Source: Octopus bimaculoides (taxonomy: Eukaryota). Taken from it: 61,491 nt of DNA. The notes beneath the pieces were generated by a model. The model made no database searches, had not been told where the DNA came from, and was given only the letters and a program-made list of their open reading frames with translations. Where the stretch lies: contig NC_068982.1 of the NCBI RefSeq assembly GCF_001194135.2, positions 60,392,772 through 60,454,262 of the forward strand, written 5' to 3'. Position numbers and translations under genes: made by a program. How positions within the stretch are numbered: position 1 is the stretch's first letter; each line of letters opens with the position of its first letter. Shown here in pieces: positions 11,150 through 24,184 of the stretch.

Positions 11150-12450
11150 CAAACATATTATATTGATAAGTTATAGGTAAAGACAAGGATAAGCATGGGT
11201 TTATCAAGAATCAAAATTTAAAGAAAGCAGAAAATCGAGAAGTACTGATTAACAACAACTGACTTATATCAATTATAATTTATTAATTCAATGCAAATAG
11301 ACTGCATCCATCTAACAGCTGTTTCTGCTTCCAATGTTATATGGTATTGCTACTGATATTCAAAATATGTAAAAATATTAATCATATTGTATAATAAAAC
11401 TGATCTGAAACAGGGAGTTTTATCAGAGCTTCATATAATTAAAAATACACATTAAATACAGGACATCACCAGTGAGTGAAAAATACACAAATACATGAGA
11501 GATAAGTTCAGGACAAAATATCCCCAAACTACACATTAAGTACAGGATATTACAAGTGAAACAAGTGAAAAATACATAAGCACACAGAGATAAGTACAGG
11601 ACAAACTACCAAAAGAAGTCTAACTCCTCCTCAGTTGTCAACTGTTTATTACTACCTGTTTCATGCTTTCAGTGACAAGACAGGAAAACTTCATAAGACA
11701 GTAGCATCCAGAAATTCTTAAACTATAAGATTTATGGAGAGCTAGGGCTTCAAATGAACAAATGACACCAGAGTGGATGTACAGAGTAAACAATCAATGA
11801 AGACAGACATTAAGGGTTGTTAGGCCAAGAGGAATTGTAATGGGTAATTGTAATGGGATAAATTCTGATAAATTGTAATAGGAGAAATTCTGAAAAGGTA
11901 TGAAAAGAAAGAGAAAAATAGTAGAAGAGAAAAAATAGTAGGAGAGAAAAAATAGCAGAAGAGAAAAAATACCGAGAGGCGAGAGAAATGACGTCCAGTT
12001 GGCTGGACGTCCCATCCAAAAAAAGACAGAGAGATAGGAAAAATGGCTTGTAGTCATGTGTGAGCAACAGGCAGAGGGGAAGGGGGACAAGAGAAAAGAG
12101 AAGGGAAAGAAACAAACGGAGTGAGGAGAAGGGAGAATGAAAGAAAGATAGACAGGGGACAGCAAAGAAGGAGGGGAAGAAAATGAAATATAGAGGATTA
12201 TAGGGGAATAGAGAGAAAGAAAGAAAATAGGCAGAGAACAGAGTGTGGAATCACAGAAATTATATATAAATGTGAAAACTTACTGTAGACTAGTTCAAAT
12301 TTACAGAAAACAGAAAACGAAGACAGATGAAAGAACAACAAGCAGGTGTATTAGTTTGATGCTCAAGAAGAATAGAAAAGTTTTTGACATTTCAAGCCTA
12401 CACATTTTAACAGAAAGGATTGAGAGGGGGGAAAAATGGAGAGAATGAAA
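11150..12450 (-). mobile_element. Degenerate Penelope-like terminal regions (probably more than one piece)
   Basis: Contains AGTTCAAATTTACAGAAAACAGAAAACGAAGACAG (repeated at about 21473-21510), a CpG-decayed hammerhead-like string at 12375-12415, GAAACAGCTGT on the minus strand at 11315-11325, and two ~88-bp direct repeats at about 11445-11610. Confidence 0.45.
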
Positions 12451-12524
12451 AAAAAAAAACAGTGTGAAAAACAATGTGTAGGGATTGACAGTTCAGCATA
12501 ATGAAATGGCCAATACACACACAA

Positions 12525-12583
<59 letters not shown>

Positions 12584-12792
12584 AATATATATATTTCTTT
12601 TATCAATATTTAAGTGCCAGTGCACAAAACTTTCAGCCCTTTCCCAGTTTAACATGAAACTTTATTGCTTAGCAAGCTTCCAAATTGTTTTCACATCCAA
12701 ACTGCATTCTGTGAAGTAGTCACCTGTGACAAGCAGTGTTTGGTAAGATGTGTTCAAGGTGCTGTTACAGCTGTCTCTTTCAATCTGAAATA

Positions 12793-13199
12793 GCTAGAAA
12801 AGCACTTGGAGAGCACAGACCTCCGCTCATTTTAAGATAGATACGCGAGTAAAATTACTAATAGAGAAACGAAAATAAACTTTGGAAACAGCAACGCCAC
12901 CATAGGTTACGTGGAAACGATGAACGTGTTTTCAAGGGAGATAATCAGAGAACGTAACATTGTAATACTTCACGTAAAGTAAATATAACAAATGAAAAAT
13001 ATTTCAGAAATCCATAAAAATTATCGGATTACTACCAAAATTTCATCATCTATTTCTTGTGTCATTACCAACTTTTTCTGGAAGTTTCATCAAATACCAT
13101 TCACAACTTTTTGAGTTATTTTGTATACAAATGGACAAACGGACAGATGGACAAACTAATGCCGATGGAAACATAACCTCCTTCCTTGGCGGAGGTAAC
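12793..13199 (+). mobile_element. Helentron/DINE-1-like non-autonomous element
   Basis: Subterminal inverted repeat ACCTCCGC (5') / GCGGAGGT (3'), (GGACA)-type short repeat, 3' stem-loop ACCTCC-ttccttggc-GGAGGT. Confidence 0.65.
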
Positions 13200-14369
13200 A
13201 AAAGCTGACAGGTCAGCTTATTAGATGCATAATAATGATATACTGAAATTACAGTTATCTAGGTCAGTTATAACTAGAGCTAAAAAATGTCTTGAAACTT
13301 TTGTAATACACCTCGTGTGTGTGTGTGTTTTTGTTTGTTCCCCACTACCACTTGACAACTGATGTTGTTCTGTTTACATCCCTGAGCAGTTCAACATGAG
13401 ACCAATAGAATAAGGATCAGGCTTCAAAAAGATTACTGGGGTTGTTTTTTTCAACTAAAGGTGCAGGAGTGGCTGTGTGGTAAGTAGCTTGCTTACCAAC
13501 CACATGGTTCCGGGCTCAGTCCCACTGCATGGCACCTTGGGCAAGTGTCTTCTACTATAGCCTCGGGCCGACCAAAGCCTTGTGAGTGGATTTGGTTGAC
13601 GGAAACTGAAAGAAGCCCGTTGTATATATGTATATATATATATATATGTATGTGTTTGTGTGTCTGTGTTTGTCCCCCCCCCCACCATCGCTTGACAACC
13701 GATGCTGGTATGTTTACGTCCTCGTAACTTAGTGGTTTGGCAAAAAGAGACCGATAGAATACGTACTAGGCTTACAAAGAATAAGTCCTGGGGTCGATTT
13801 GCTCGACTAAAAGGCGGTGCTCCAGCATGGCCGCAGTCAAATGACTGAAACAAGTAAAAGAGAGTAAAAAATGAGAGTAAACCCTTTAAGGTGGTACCCA
13901 AGCATGGCTGCTGTCCAATGACTGAAATGTGCTAAAGGCTATAAAAGAAGATCATATAAAATACTTTGCCACTCATTTTACTGTACATTCTAAGCAATTT
14001 TGTTGAGTCAAAATTTCTCTGCCATGACATTCTTTATTTTCATTTTGCCTTTCCCTCTGCCAGTCTCCAGAGAGAACCAGGAACATAGTTTGTGTTCTTT
14101 TATCAGTCTCTAAGGAGATTGATAAAACAACTTATCATTCCCTGTCATTGCTCTCACCTTTGTGCAAACATGACTATCCATCTTACACATCTGTGTGTAT
14201 GTAGGTATGAAGCCGCTCCGAGATATAAATATGTGTAATCTCAAGGTGGAAGGAATTAGGTCAGATCTAAGAACATTGGGCCTCGTATGAGATGACAAAT
14301 GGAGGAATGCCAATCATGGAAAAGCAGCCTTAAAAACAAGCAGCATTATCTTGATCATCTCAACGGGAA

Positions 14370-14790
14370 AGGGGTTAGGTGGGATCTCATCATTATCATC
14401 AACATTATTACGACTAGCATCGTCATCATCGTCGTCATCATCATCATCCCTATCATCACTACCACTGTCATTATCAGTGGATGGCATTATCATCATCATC
14501 ATCATCAATCCCATTGTTGTTGTCATCATCATCATCACCATCATAATCACTATCTTCATTACCACAGTCATTACCAGTGGGTGGCATCATCGTCATCATC
14601 ATCATGACATCCCCTCATCATCACCATCATCATCATTGTCATCATCATCGTTGTCATCAACATCATCACCATCACCACTACCACTACCACCACCACCACC
14701 ATCACTACCACTGTCATCATCGTCGTCATCATTATCACCATCATCGTTATCATCATCATCAACATTGTATTTGTGATGACAAAAGTCATG
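14370..14790. repeat. (CAT/ATC/ACC)n trinucleotide tract
   Basis: Imperfect CAT/CAC repeats directly after an RTE-like 3' fragment (about 14205-14330). Similar tracts at 52530-53290 and 57780-58035. Confidence 0.95.
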
Positions 14791-15561
14791 AAGGTGAAGC
14801 TGTACAATGAAAGACAAAAAGAAGAGAAAGATAACGTTAGATGAAGAAAGGTGATATAATGGCCCAGTTATAAAGATCATGTACAGTCTGTAAATTCAAT
14901 GAAAAAAGTTTATAATATTTTTTTTAATTAAGGATACTTTTTTTTTTCATAAAACTTCACATAATTTCCATGGTGAGCTTAACTGTACTATATGTTCTTA
15001 AATACACGTGTATAGAACTTGTGTTAAGGCTATGTTCTCTTTTTAAACAAATACCTATTTTATATAATAATTAGTATTCACATGTTCTATGGCTATTGAT
15101 TCTCTGTAAAATTGCTTTGCTTAAAAAAAATAATAAAAGATGAAACAAAAAAAGCAGAAAAGATGTTTTTTTTTTTAATGTAAGCTTTCAATATATATAA
15201 TATTCTAGAACTCTTTCAATGAGATGGGGAAAAAAAAAATGAATGAAAATGTCTTGCATTAGTATACACAGACACATATAATCTCACATTTGCACAACGC
15301 TATTACAATTATATACACACAGAAAAAAAGATATTCGAACATACATGCAAACAGTAATATGTATGTGTGGGTGTATATATTTATAATTAGATCTCCCACA
15401 CATTTTTCTATGTCTCTCTTCATATCTACAGATATATCCAAATACACAAATAATTCCAAATAAACATACACAAATATATGCCTGTATTCATATATAAATG
15501 CAAAAGTATATGTATACACAATGATGTATTTCAATTAATAAATATAAATATGTGTATATGC

Positions 15562-15592
<31 letters not shown>

Positions 15593-16369
15593 TGTGTGTG
15601 TGTGTGCGCGCATGTGTGTGTGTGGTTATTATATTCACAGTTTTGTGAATATTCATACACTTTTACAAATACATATAAAAATACATGTATAGCATAATAA
15701 AAAAAATGTAGATGCAGATATATGTATTAATAGGTAGATAGTTCAAAAATACTAAGAATTTTTCAAAAGTTCTTTTTCTCTAAGAAAGCAATTTATTTAT
15801 TTTTTTATAATAAAATCTCAATATATGATTTTTGAGCTAAATATCAAACATTAAGAAAAAAATATTTTTGAAAATGGTATCATTTCTTGTCACTTTAATT
15901 TTTAAAAATGAATAGTAAGTAATATTTAGTTGTTTATGTTATTTTTCATTTTATTTATTTATTTTTTTTTTTTTGTATTCAATATGCACATTAAATGTAA
16001 AAGAAATTCTTCTATGTTACTATGTGTAGTAGTTACCTAATCATTTCAAATTTTACATGAACGCAGACTTTCATAAGAAGTTTTCCTCAAATTGTAATTC
16101 CCAAAATATTTATCTGCACTTTCCCTCCTTAACAAAATACAATCTTCTCATGAAATGAGATGCTAAATATTTTAATTATGATTTATTAAAGGCTATAAAA
16201 TATTTTATATATCCTAAACTCAATAAAATGTTTACTTTTATCATATACTTAAGATGTTCTTTTTAATTTTGAAAATATTAAAGATACACATATACACATA
16301 CATTACTATATATATTTACTTATGTAAATATATATATATATAAACACCTTATAGCTTCATCGGAGACTC

Positions 16370-16406
<37 letters not shown>

Positions 16407-16416
16407 NNNNNNNNNN

Positions 16417-16454
<38 letters not shown>

Positions 16455-17756
16455 CATAGATAGATATAGTAACAATTTCTCTTTAACAAACAATCAATAT
16501 TTTTATCCAATAAAGGTTTCTGGTAACAAATAACAGTGTGTAATGTTGATAATGGCTTCAAAATGTTAATATTTTTCAGATACGTGTGTGTATGTGTGTG
16601 TGTGCATGTGTATGTATGTACACACACATACATATTTATATATATATATATATATATGTATATATCTACACACACACACACAAACATATATATATGTTGT
16701 ATTTTAAAATTTTCAATCAAAGTGTAAATATGAACATATTTAGAGAGAAAATTAAAAATTTTCACAAATATCAGTTCTATTATTGAAAAATAATTGCTGT
16801 GTTTGAAAACAAAAGGGAAATTTAGATTTTATCACACTATTACTAAAGAGGAAGGTACACATTTGGAATCAAATATATTGATTTGATTTTAATAAGGTGT
16901 TGAGAAAACAAACCTTGAAAGATTGGTAAAATATATCTAATTTCATAAAATGCTCTTTTTTAGCAGGAAAAATAATTCAAATATAATGTTGAAGACAATT
17001 TAATTAATATGTTATATATGAAAAACACACGTAATTAAAAACAAAAGAAAACATCAAATACACATACACAGACACACCACACACGCATGTGGGTGTGTGT
17101 TGTGTATACACATAATATATATACACATGTGTGTGTGTATATATATATATATATATGTATATGTATATGTACATGTATGTATGTATGTATGTACATTGAT
17201 CAAGATGGAATATATAATCCTAAGATCAAATCTGATATATAAAAATTTAAAGAGCATCATCATGTATTCTCTTATATGATTTCTATAACAATTCATGGAC
17301 TATTACAGTTTATAAGGGGGTGCACTTGACAAATCTGATATAGTACCAGCCTAGTGTTTTAAGGACCCCATCATTTGTCTTCTACCAATTGCAATTTTGC
17401 CATGTCTACAGTCAAAATATCTAACTTTTGCTGGATTGGTTGTTCTATCTGAGATAAATACCAAGTGTAGGAGAAACTAACTACCAATCATAACAAGGAC
17501 ACAGTATGTGATACTGCTTTCTAAAACTGCAATATGATTTCAAACTTCTTCAAGAAGCATAATTAAGAAGCTCACTATGCAACCACATGGTTTGTGGTTC
17601 AGTCCCACTGTGTGACACTTCCTATTATAGCCTCAAGCCAACCAATGTCTTTTGAGAAACTGTATGGAAGCTCATCACATATACACATATGTATGTATGT
17701 ATATATAAGGAAAATGAGTTGACAAAGGAATAAATGACTGTCTTTTGAACTTCATC

Positions 17757-17838
17757 AGCTTACAGCTGTTTCTGCTATAAGATGCAGTGGACTCATAGTT
17801 GAGTGCCTGAATAACACCTTATAGCTTCATCAGAGACT
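17757..17838 (-). ncRNA. Minimal type-I hammerhead ribozyme motif (Penelope-associated)
   Basis: Minus strand: CUGAUGA (17833-17827), A, stem II GCUAUAAG/CUUAUAGC (8 bp, 36-nt loop), A, GAAA, palindromic helix III ACAGCUGU, cleavage dinucleotide UA (17762-17761). Helix I is short and imperfect. Confidence 0.65.
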
Positions 17839-18420
17839 CAAATATGAAGCTCCTCCATTCTATTACATGAAACCCATAGCTTCTAAATATGTTGTTCACA
17901 AGAATCCAGCTTTGTCACACAACATGAAAACCAACATACTGATAGCAGACTTAGGATAATGAACAACATGTCCCCACTATGCAAACCCTATGAAACAAAG
18001 AAACATGCACAGAATTTCATGCACCCCATTTTCTGGATATGACCAGAAAGATAGGATTCAGGTTTACAGAGGTGCTAGAAAGGAGTTAGATAGCATTATA
18101 TGTAATGAAACCAGTAGTACCTGCCCTAGACATAGAAGTAAAGACTGGAATAGGATACAAAGTGTTTGTGACAAAGCAAACAGGGTGAACACGTGGTACA
18201 AGACCAACAAATATCAAGGAGTGACGTTTGTAGAGGAAGCCACAGCCCATACCGAACTAGCCCAAAGATTTAGGAAAGCTCTGCAGGAGGCCAAACACAA
18301 CATTAAGACCGTTGAAAAGTCAGGGAACTCCATCAAATTTGTTATAAGCATTTCTAGCCAGATCTCCAGTCAGTGGATACCTTTCTCCTACCTCCTATCA
18401 ATCTCAAGAATTCTATAAAA
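17838..18420 (+). mobile_element. Penelope-like element fragment (RT thumb/linker region)
   Basis: FYYMKPIASKYVVHKNPALSHNMKTNILIADL, then SGYDQKDRIQVYRG...TWYKTNKYQGVTFVEEATAHTELAQRFRKALQEAKHNIKTVEKSGNSIK, matching the PLE post-RT motifs (KP.A...H..SA / SGY / WY / FV..T...EL / VE..G). Confidence 0.7.
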
Positions 18421-21112
18421 GGCTATAGGTAATGCCTTTCCTCTTGTCTAAAAGATCAAAAACAAACAAACAAGACTTATGGCAGCTTTGTTGTTGGCTA
18501 ATGATAAAAGACACTATGTAAGTTATCTAAGGCATCCTAGTTTATTTCTCTTCAACAATTTTATCTTTTATCTTTTACTCTACTTTGTTCTGTCATTGGA
18601 TCCTAGCACATATTTTCAATTCTGGTACCTGTTCGATCACTCTCCCTTGCCGAACTGCTAATTTACAGAGATGTCAACAAACTAACACTGGTTGTCAAGT
18701 AGTAAAGGAATAAATAAAAGCCCAAATGCTTAAAACAGATTTATCTCTGCTAATGGTACTCGAGGCTCCAGGTAGTGGTGTTAAACCAGGCAACAGATTT
18801 AAATCTACCAATTTTGTTGGCTATGGTATACAAAGCCAGAACGAATGCTGCAAGGTATCTGATATACCAGTCTACTATCATGAATTGGAACTATATTAGT
18901 GACCCTGAAATGATGAATGGTAAAGGTTGACCTCAGTGAGACTTGAACTGAGAAGATGGATGGTGGAAACAAATGCTACAAGACATTTCATGTAATGCCT
19001 TAATGAGTTTGTGAATTCATCACCCTCATCCTGCCAAAGGAAAAAAAAGTTAAATTTTCCTCAAATCATATTCTGTAATCTTGGTAAGAAATACCTACTG
19101 GACGTTGTGGTCCTTCATAAAATGTGCCTGGGGAGAAATGAGGTTATTAATGGCTGGAGTGTCTGTTATCATATGTCTGCTCAATCAGAGCTAACCTGTG
19201 GCTGAACATTTACAACAATTACATCAAATCAATGTCCTCAAGTGTTACACCAATACATTCTCTGTGGCAAGGTTAAACTTCTGGCATGAAGCACAATACT
19301 CAGAATTTCAGATGTGAAATTCAGTTTGAGATTAAAGTTTTACCTTATTGCTATTAGTAAAATGTAAAATGATACCAGTAATATACTTGATATAAATACA
19401 TAATTAATTAAATTCAGGTGACATGAGTGGAAAGTTTACCACTTTCCACTCATGCCACATGAGTATAACTCATTTATATACTTGCATGAGTATAATGCTT
19501 ATGAGTATAATTGATATCATTGGCAAAGTTTACCCAAAATATATCATGAAATTTATATATATTTTATGAAATATATTTATAAACCCTAAATAATAATTTA
19601 TCAAATTATCAAAATATTTTTCTGGTTATTTTCTAAGAGAATAACTCAAACATTATCTATTCAAGTCCTGTCGTGCCTCAGAGACATTAACATTCACTGA
19701 TTTATCTTAAATCTAACACAATAGCACAAGCTGAAATAGTTTTTCTTTGTTATCCATATGTGCAATATTAAGTATCTGGTATTGTTCAAATGATCTGATA
19801 AAACAGTGCATAAATGATAGTACTCAATAAAATACAATGAAATATAATATGATATAATATAGAATGTATATAATATTATACTATAACTCAGATAGGTTAT
19901 TTATATTGTCAAGTGTAAAAGGGATCTGAACTTTCAGCAACATCCTTTCAACTGCAGGTGATATTTTTTCAGCTGATATTTATATTGTGATATTTCATTG
20001 TACTAAAATAGGCTGTATTTAAAAAACTGGCAACCATGCAATATTATACCAAGCTAAACTATATTATGACTCTGCTAATAATTGAATTGTTGCATCTTCT
20101 CAACATTTATATGTCTACTAAGTAGGTTCTTTCAGTGAAAAGTTCCTTTAGTTTTCAAGGAACTAGCAGTATGAATTGTCATACTCCTAAGTAATATCTG
20201 AAATTGTGGTAGGTGGAAGTTAAAACGTTTAAAAAAAAAAAAGCAATTTTACCAAATTTCATAATATTCAGGAATAAACTATTCATGAATATTATAAAAT
20301 TTGGTGAAACGTTGCAGGCTTGTTCTTCTGGATTTTGAATTCTGACACCAAGAGCATGAAAACATCAATCGTTTTTGTTTTTGTTTTTTTCACCTCTCAC
20401 ATTCGGAATAAGAATGACAGCATACATATTATGATTATAGACAAATCGAAAATTTTTTTAATTTTCACTCCAGATCTGTGGAAAACCATCATTTGTGGAG
20501 CTGGACCAAGCTGTGATTTTTGACATCACAAAACTTTTCTAAGACACTACAAAAAAGAAGGTATGAGTCAAAATATCAAAGTCATAACCTATAAAAAAAA
20601 TTTTTTTTCTACTCTAGGCACAAGGCCCAAAATTTTGGGAGAGGGGGGCCAGTCAATTACAGTGACCCCAGTACACAACTGGTACTTAATTTATCGACCC
20701 CTGAAAGGCCACGCTCAAAATGGTGTATTTTACATGCCACCTGCACAGGAGCCAGTCCAGCGGCACTGTCAACGATCTTGCTCGAATGTTTTTTCCCGTG
20801 CCATCGGCACAAGTGCTAGTAAGGCGATGCTGGTAACGATCACACTCAAATGGTGCTATTTATGTACCATTGGCACGGAAGCCAGACAGCTGTTCTGGCA
20901 ATGATCACACTTGGACGGTGCTCTTAACACTCTACACTGGCAAAGATGTGTGAGAGCAGCAAACATAAAAATGGACAACTAGAATCGGATTTCAGACTCT
21001 ACAAACACGTTTGTCATTGTAAATTTGATTAGTCTTCATCAGTGGGATTTACCTGGACAATATTTCAAATGTTGCTACATCAATGCCAGTATACTCACCT
21101 GTGAGTGGTATT

Positions 21113-21200
<88 letters not shown>

Positions 21201-21479
21201 TGTGTATGCATGATGTTTTTTTTTTTTCAAATTATTAATTTCTTTTATCTTGGATAAAATGCTAAGTTGCCTTTTGGTTAAGAAGAAAATGAACTCCTTT
21301 AATTCTCAAGATTTATCCAAGTTTCCAGAAGTGCAAAATTGGTGGTCATACTTAATTATTCTTGTAAGTGCAAAATCACACAATCTGAGATAACCACCAT
21401 GCAAGGGATACCTGTGTGTGTGTGTGTGTGTAGTGGGAGGATGTATGTATATATATATGTATATATATATAATTCAAAT

Positions 21480-23330
21480 TTACAGAAAACAAAAGACGAA
21501 GACAGGTGAGGGAACAACATACTGGATTTATGGATGGAGCACTTGTATAAATCACATGTGTATAGTCCCATGTTAAAAAAATAAACATCTAACTTTTTAA
21601 CATTTAAACTTTTGAACATAAACATATAATGCACAACACTGTATAAGGTCTTCTGATTTTGCTAACAGACCAAAACATAATTAACTGTCCACTGAATCTG
21701 AGAATTTTTTTTTTAAATGTTTAATAGACCTCGGTTTCCTTGTGTGGGTTTCTTTCTCTGTAGTCTTTATTCTAATTTGACAATAAATTAAGATATAAAT
21801 TTTGTAAATTCTTGTTGTTTGAAATGACCTCTTTATTTCTACTGCAATATAATTTGCTTTATAAATCAGAAATCTCATTGAAAATTAATAAAAGCCAATA
21901 TTTATTATTTTATTGTTTGAAATGTTATAAAAAATTTAGTTTCTTAGAACTAAGTTAAACAAAAAAAAAATTAAATATAGAAATGATACAAATGTCCAAA
22001 GACAGTTATTTACACAAATGAAAAAAAATCTTCAAATTATTATCAAAAAGGTTTTAATTTGATGGTATTAATTTGAAAGACATTAATTTATCTGATTTCG
22101 TAATGATAAATCATAAACTGAAAAACAGAATGAAACAAAATAAATGAACAGCGGAATAAAAACTACTATAAGCAGACTAATAGCTTTCCAAAACTATAAG
22201 GTGTTTAGACTTCATATGAAGAGAAAAACTGATCACTTAAGAGTAGATTCTGCATGCTTGTGAATATGAAGTATGAAAATCTACATAAAGTTAACCACAT
22301 GATAGATAATGTGACATAAAGCAAAAGATGAGATTAAATATAACATTTTTGTAAAAGTAACAGAGATTTGACAGATATCAACTATACTTAGTTCATCATA
22401 TAAAAAGTAGAAAAATGAAATAAATCTCATTAATAACAAAGCAAGTATTGATATCAATAGGGTAAGCATTAGACTAAGGTTGGGCAAGTTTTGAACATGA
22501 GGGAAATTCTTTCCAAATAGAAGAAGTGAATAGACAAAATATATATTAAATAATACAGATAAAAAAAAAATATTATAAACTTTGAAAAGAGTTTCCAAAA
22601 AGAAAGAAATAGAATATTGTACATCAACAGATAAGATTAAAAAAAAAAGTATGATTGCTTTGCTCTTCTAGCAGATAAAAAAAAATGCATGGATCTGCCT
22701 GTTCTTAAAAATCATCTATCATGAATGGGGGAAACAAGAAAACAATAAAATTTTCATAAATAAACTAGACTATAACAACTAAGAACAACAGTTTGCATTT
22801 GGATAGTGGTAGTCTTTCTCCCTTGTTCTGGCTGTGAGGTCAATTGCCAAAGTTAATGTTGATTGTATTTTCAAAAGGCTTTCTTAGTAGATTGATTTTC
22901 ATCCAATGTACATCAGAACAGTCAGCATTTTTTTTTCATTTTTTTATGCACCAAACCATGAGCACAAAGAGAAAACGAGGTTTAAAAAGATTAAAGAAAA
23001 TGCTTTCCACTTTCTTTTCAGATATTACCCTAAGAGAAGGCAAACTAAAACAAAACAAAAAAACATTAAAAATGTAAAAAATGTAAACGTTAGCCAAAAG
23101 AAAAAACTTTCCTCGGTGATGACATTTCTTGTCAATTCTTTTCATACATGTATCCATCTTGTCATACCTCACTTCTCCAGTCTCACATAGAAAATTGTTA
23201 CATCAGGGACGGAACAAAGAATTCCTTCAATTTTTCCTCTCTAACGACATTTTATGGTATTAATGATGTTGTATCTACCTTCAATTGGAGTTAAAAGCTT
23301 TCTCTTGGTTATCTTTTAGGGGGTTCTTTT
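21480..23330 (-). pseudogene. Class-B (7tm_2, adhesion/Methuselah-like) GPCR pseudogene E, best preserved
   Basis: Open frame 22667-22281: FLSVLFNIYFVYSLLLFGKNFPHVQNLPNLSLMLTLLISILALLLMRF...ICQISVTFTKMLYLISSFALCHIIYHVVNF. This matches F..LR.LPG...M.L..SL..A and C-x11-L-x11-H-x3-F of TM3. TM4-like SLLIVVFIPLFIYF, TM7-like YMFMFKSLNVKKLDVYFF and Cys-containing ectodomain text upstream. In-frame stops, and the ectodomain is in a different frame. Confidence 0.65.
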
Positions 23331-24184
23331 ATGTGTGTATGTATGTATGTATGTGTATATATATGCATATATGTATGTGTATATATATATATATATATAT
23401 ATGTACATATATATATATGTACATATATATATATATATATACACAAATATATGTATAATTGTTTTGTTGTTTTTTTTACAAATAAGATATTAATAATGAA
23501 AATAGTAATTAAAATAAGAAGATAGCAAAATAACTAAATGAATTTATATCATCAAATGTTTAATATCAAAACATCAAATATTTAGCCAGGCTAAATTGAT
23601 GGTCTTAAGAGAATAGATATTTATTAGAAAGTATATGCTAATTCCTATATTGTTCTTTGTTGAATGTTCCTTTATTTTGAGAGACTTGGAAATGAAATAT
23701 CATGACATTCATCCTTTTCTAACTAAAGAAAATTGAAATCAATTTACAACACTCACACTCTAGGATCAAATCTTCATCCTTACTAATTCTGTAATAAATT
23801 CAGCAATTGTTAAAATGAAACAAATATTTGCTTTTCTTGTTAAAATTTTCTATACTTTTTAAGTGCAAGACTTTCAATTTTCATTCCTCATTTTATGATT
23901 ACTGCAACTTGATACAAAAATAAATTTTCCTATTATCAAAGACATTGCTACATTTTTTTTAATTCTCTCAATGCTCACCTTTTTAAGCCATTCTTATACC
24001 TTGTTTATGAGAGGAACCTTTTGCTGTACTAAATAGAATCTTCCAACATAAGCATAACTTCTAGATTGAGCCCTATGTTTCTTTATTCATAACATTATTT
24101 CATTCTAGAACATTCTTATATCATCGTGAAAAATAGTATTATTATTATTATCATGATTATTATTATCATCCTCATCATCATTAT

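Larger units (their letters stand above)
17350..21110 (+). pseudogene. Possible fragmented class-B GPCR remnant D
   Basis: Pieces between TE insertions: TM2/3-like (17350-17560), TM4/ECL2-like IYLC*WYSRLQVVV / FVGYGIQSQNECC (18735-18870), TM5-like (20440-20570), TM7-like FVIVNLISL..GIYL (21005-21100). Collinear but weak. Confidence 0.3.

Noticed and set aside
14299-14880. His/Ser/Ile/Asp-rich ORFs (also 52487-53570, 57786-58037)
   Set aside because: Read-through of (CAT)n-type microsatellites in all frames; no complex coding sequence.
6066-21100. Plus-strand spliced gene with in-frame TGA codons (candidate exons about 6066-6170, 8552-8611, 18737-18866, 20473-20561, 21040-21098), suggesting a selenoprotein or readthrough
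   Set aside because: Phases can be chained, but no selenoprotein motif or SECIS is evident, alternative frames contain TAA, and the same segments are better explained as GPCR remnants. AG/GT pairs are common by chance in AT-rich DNA.
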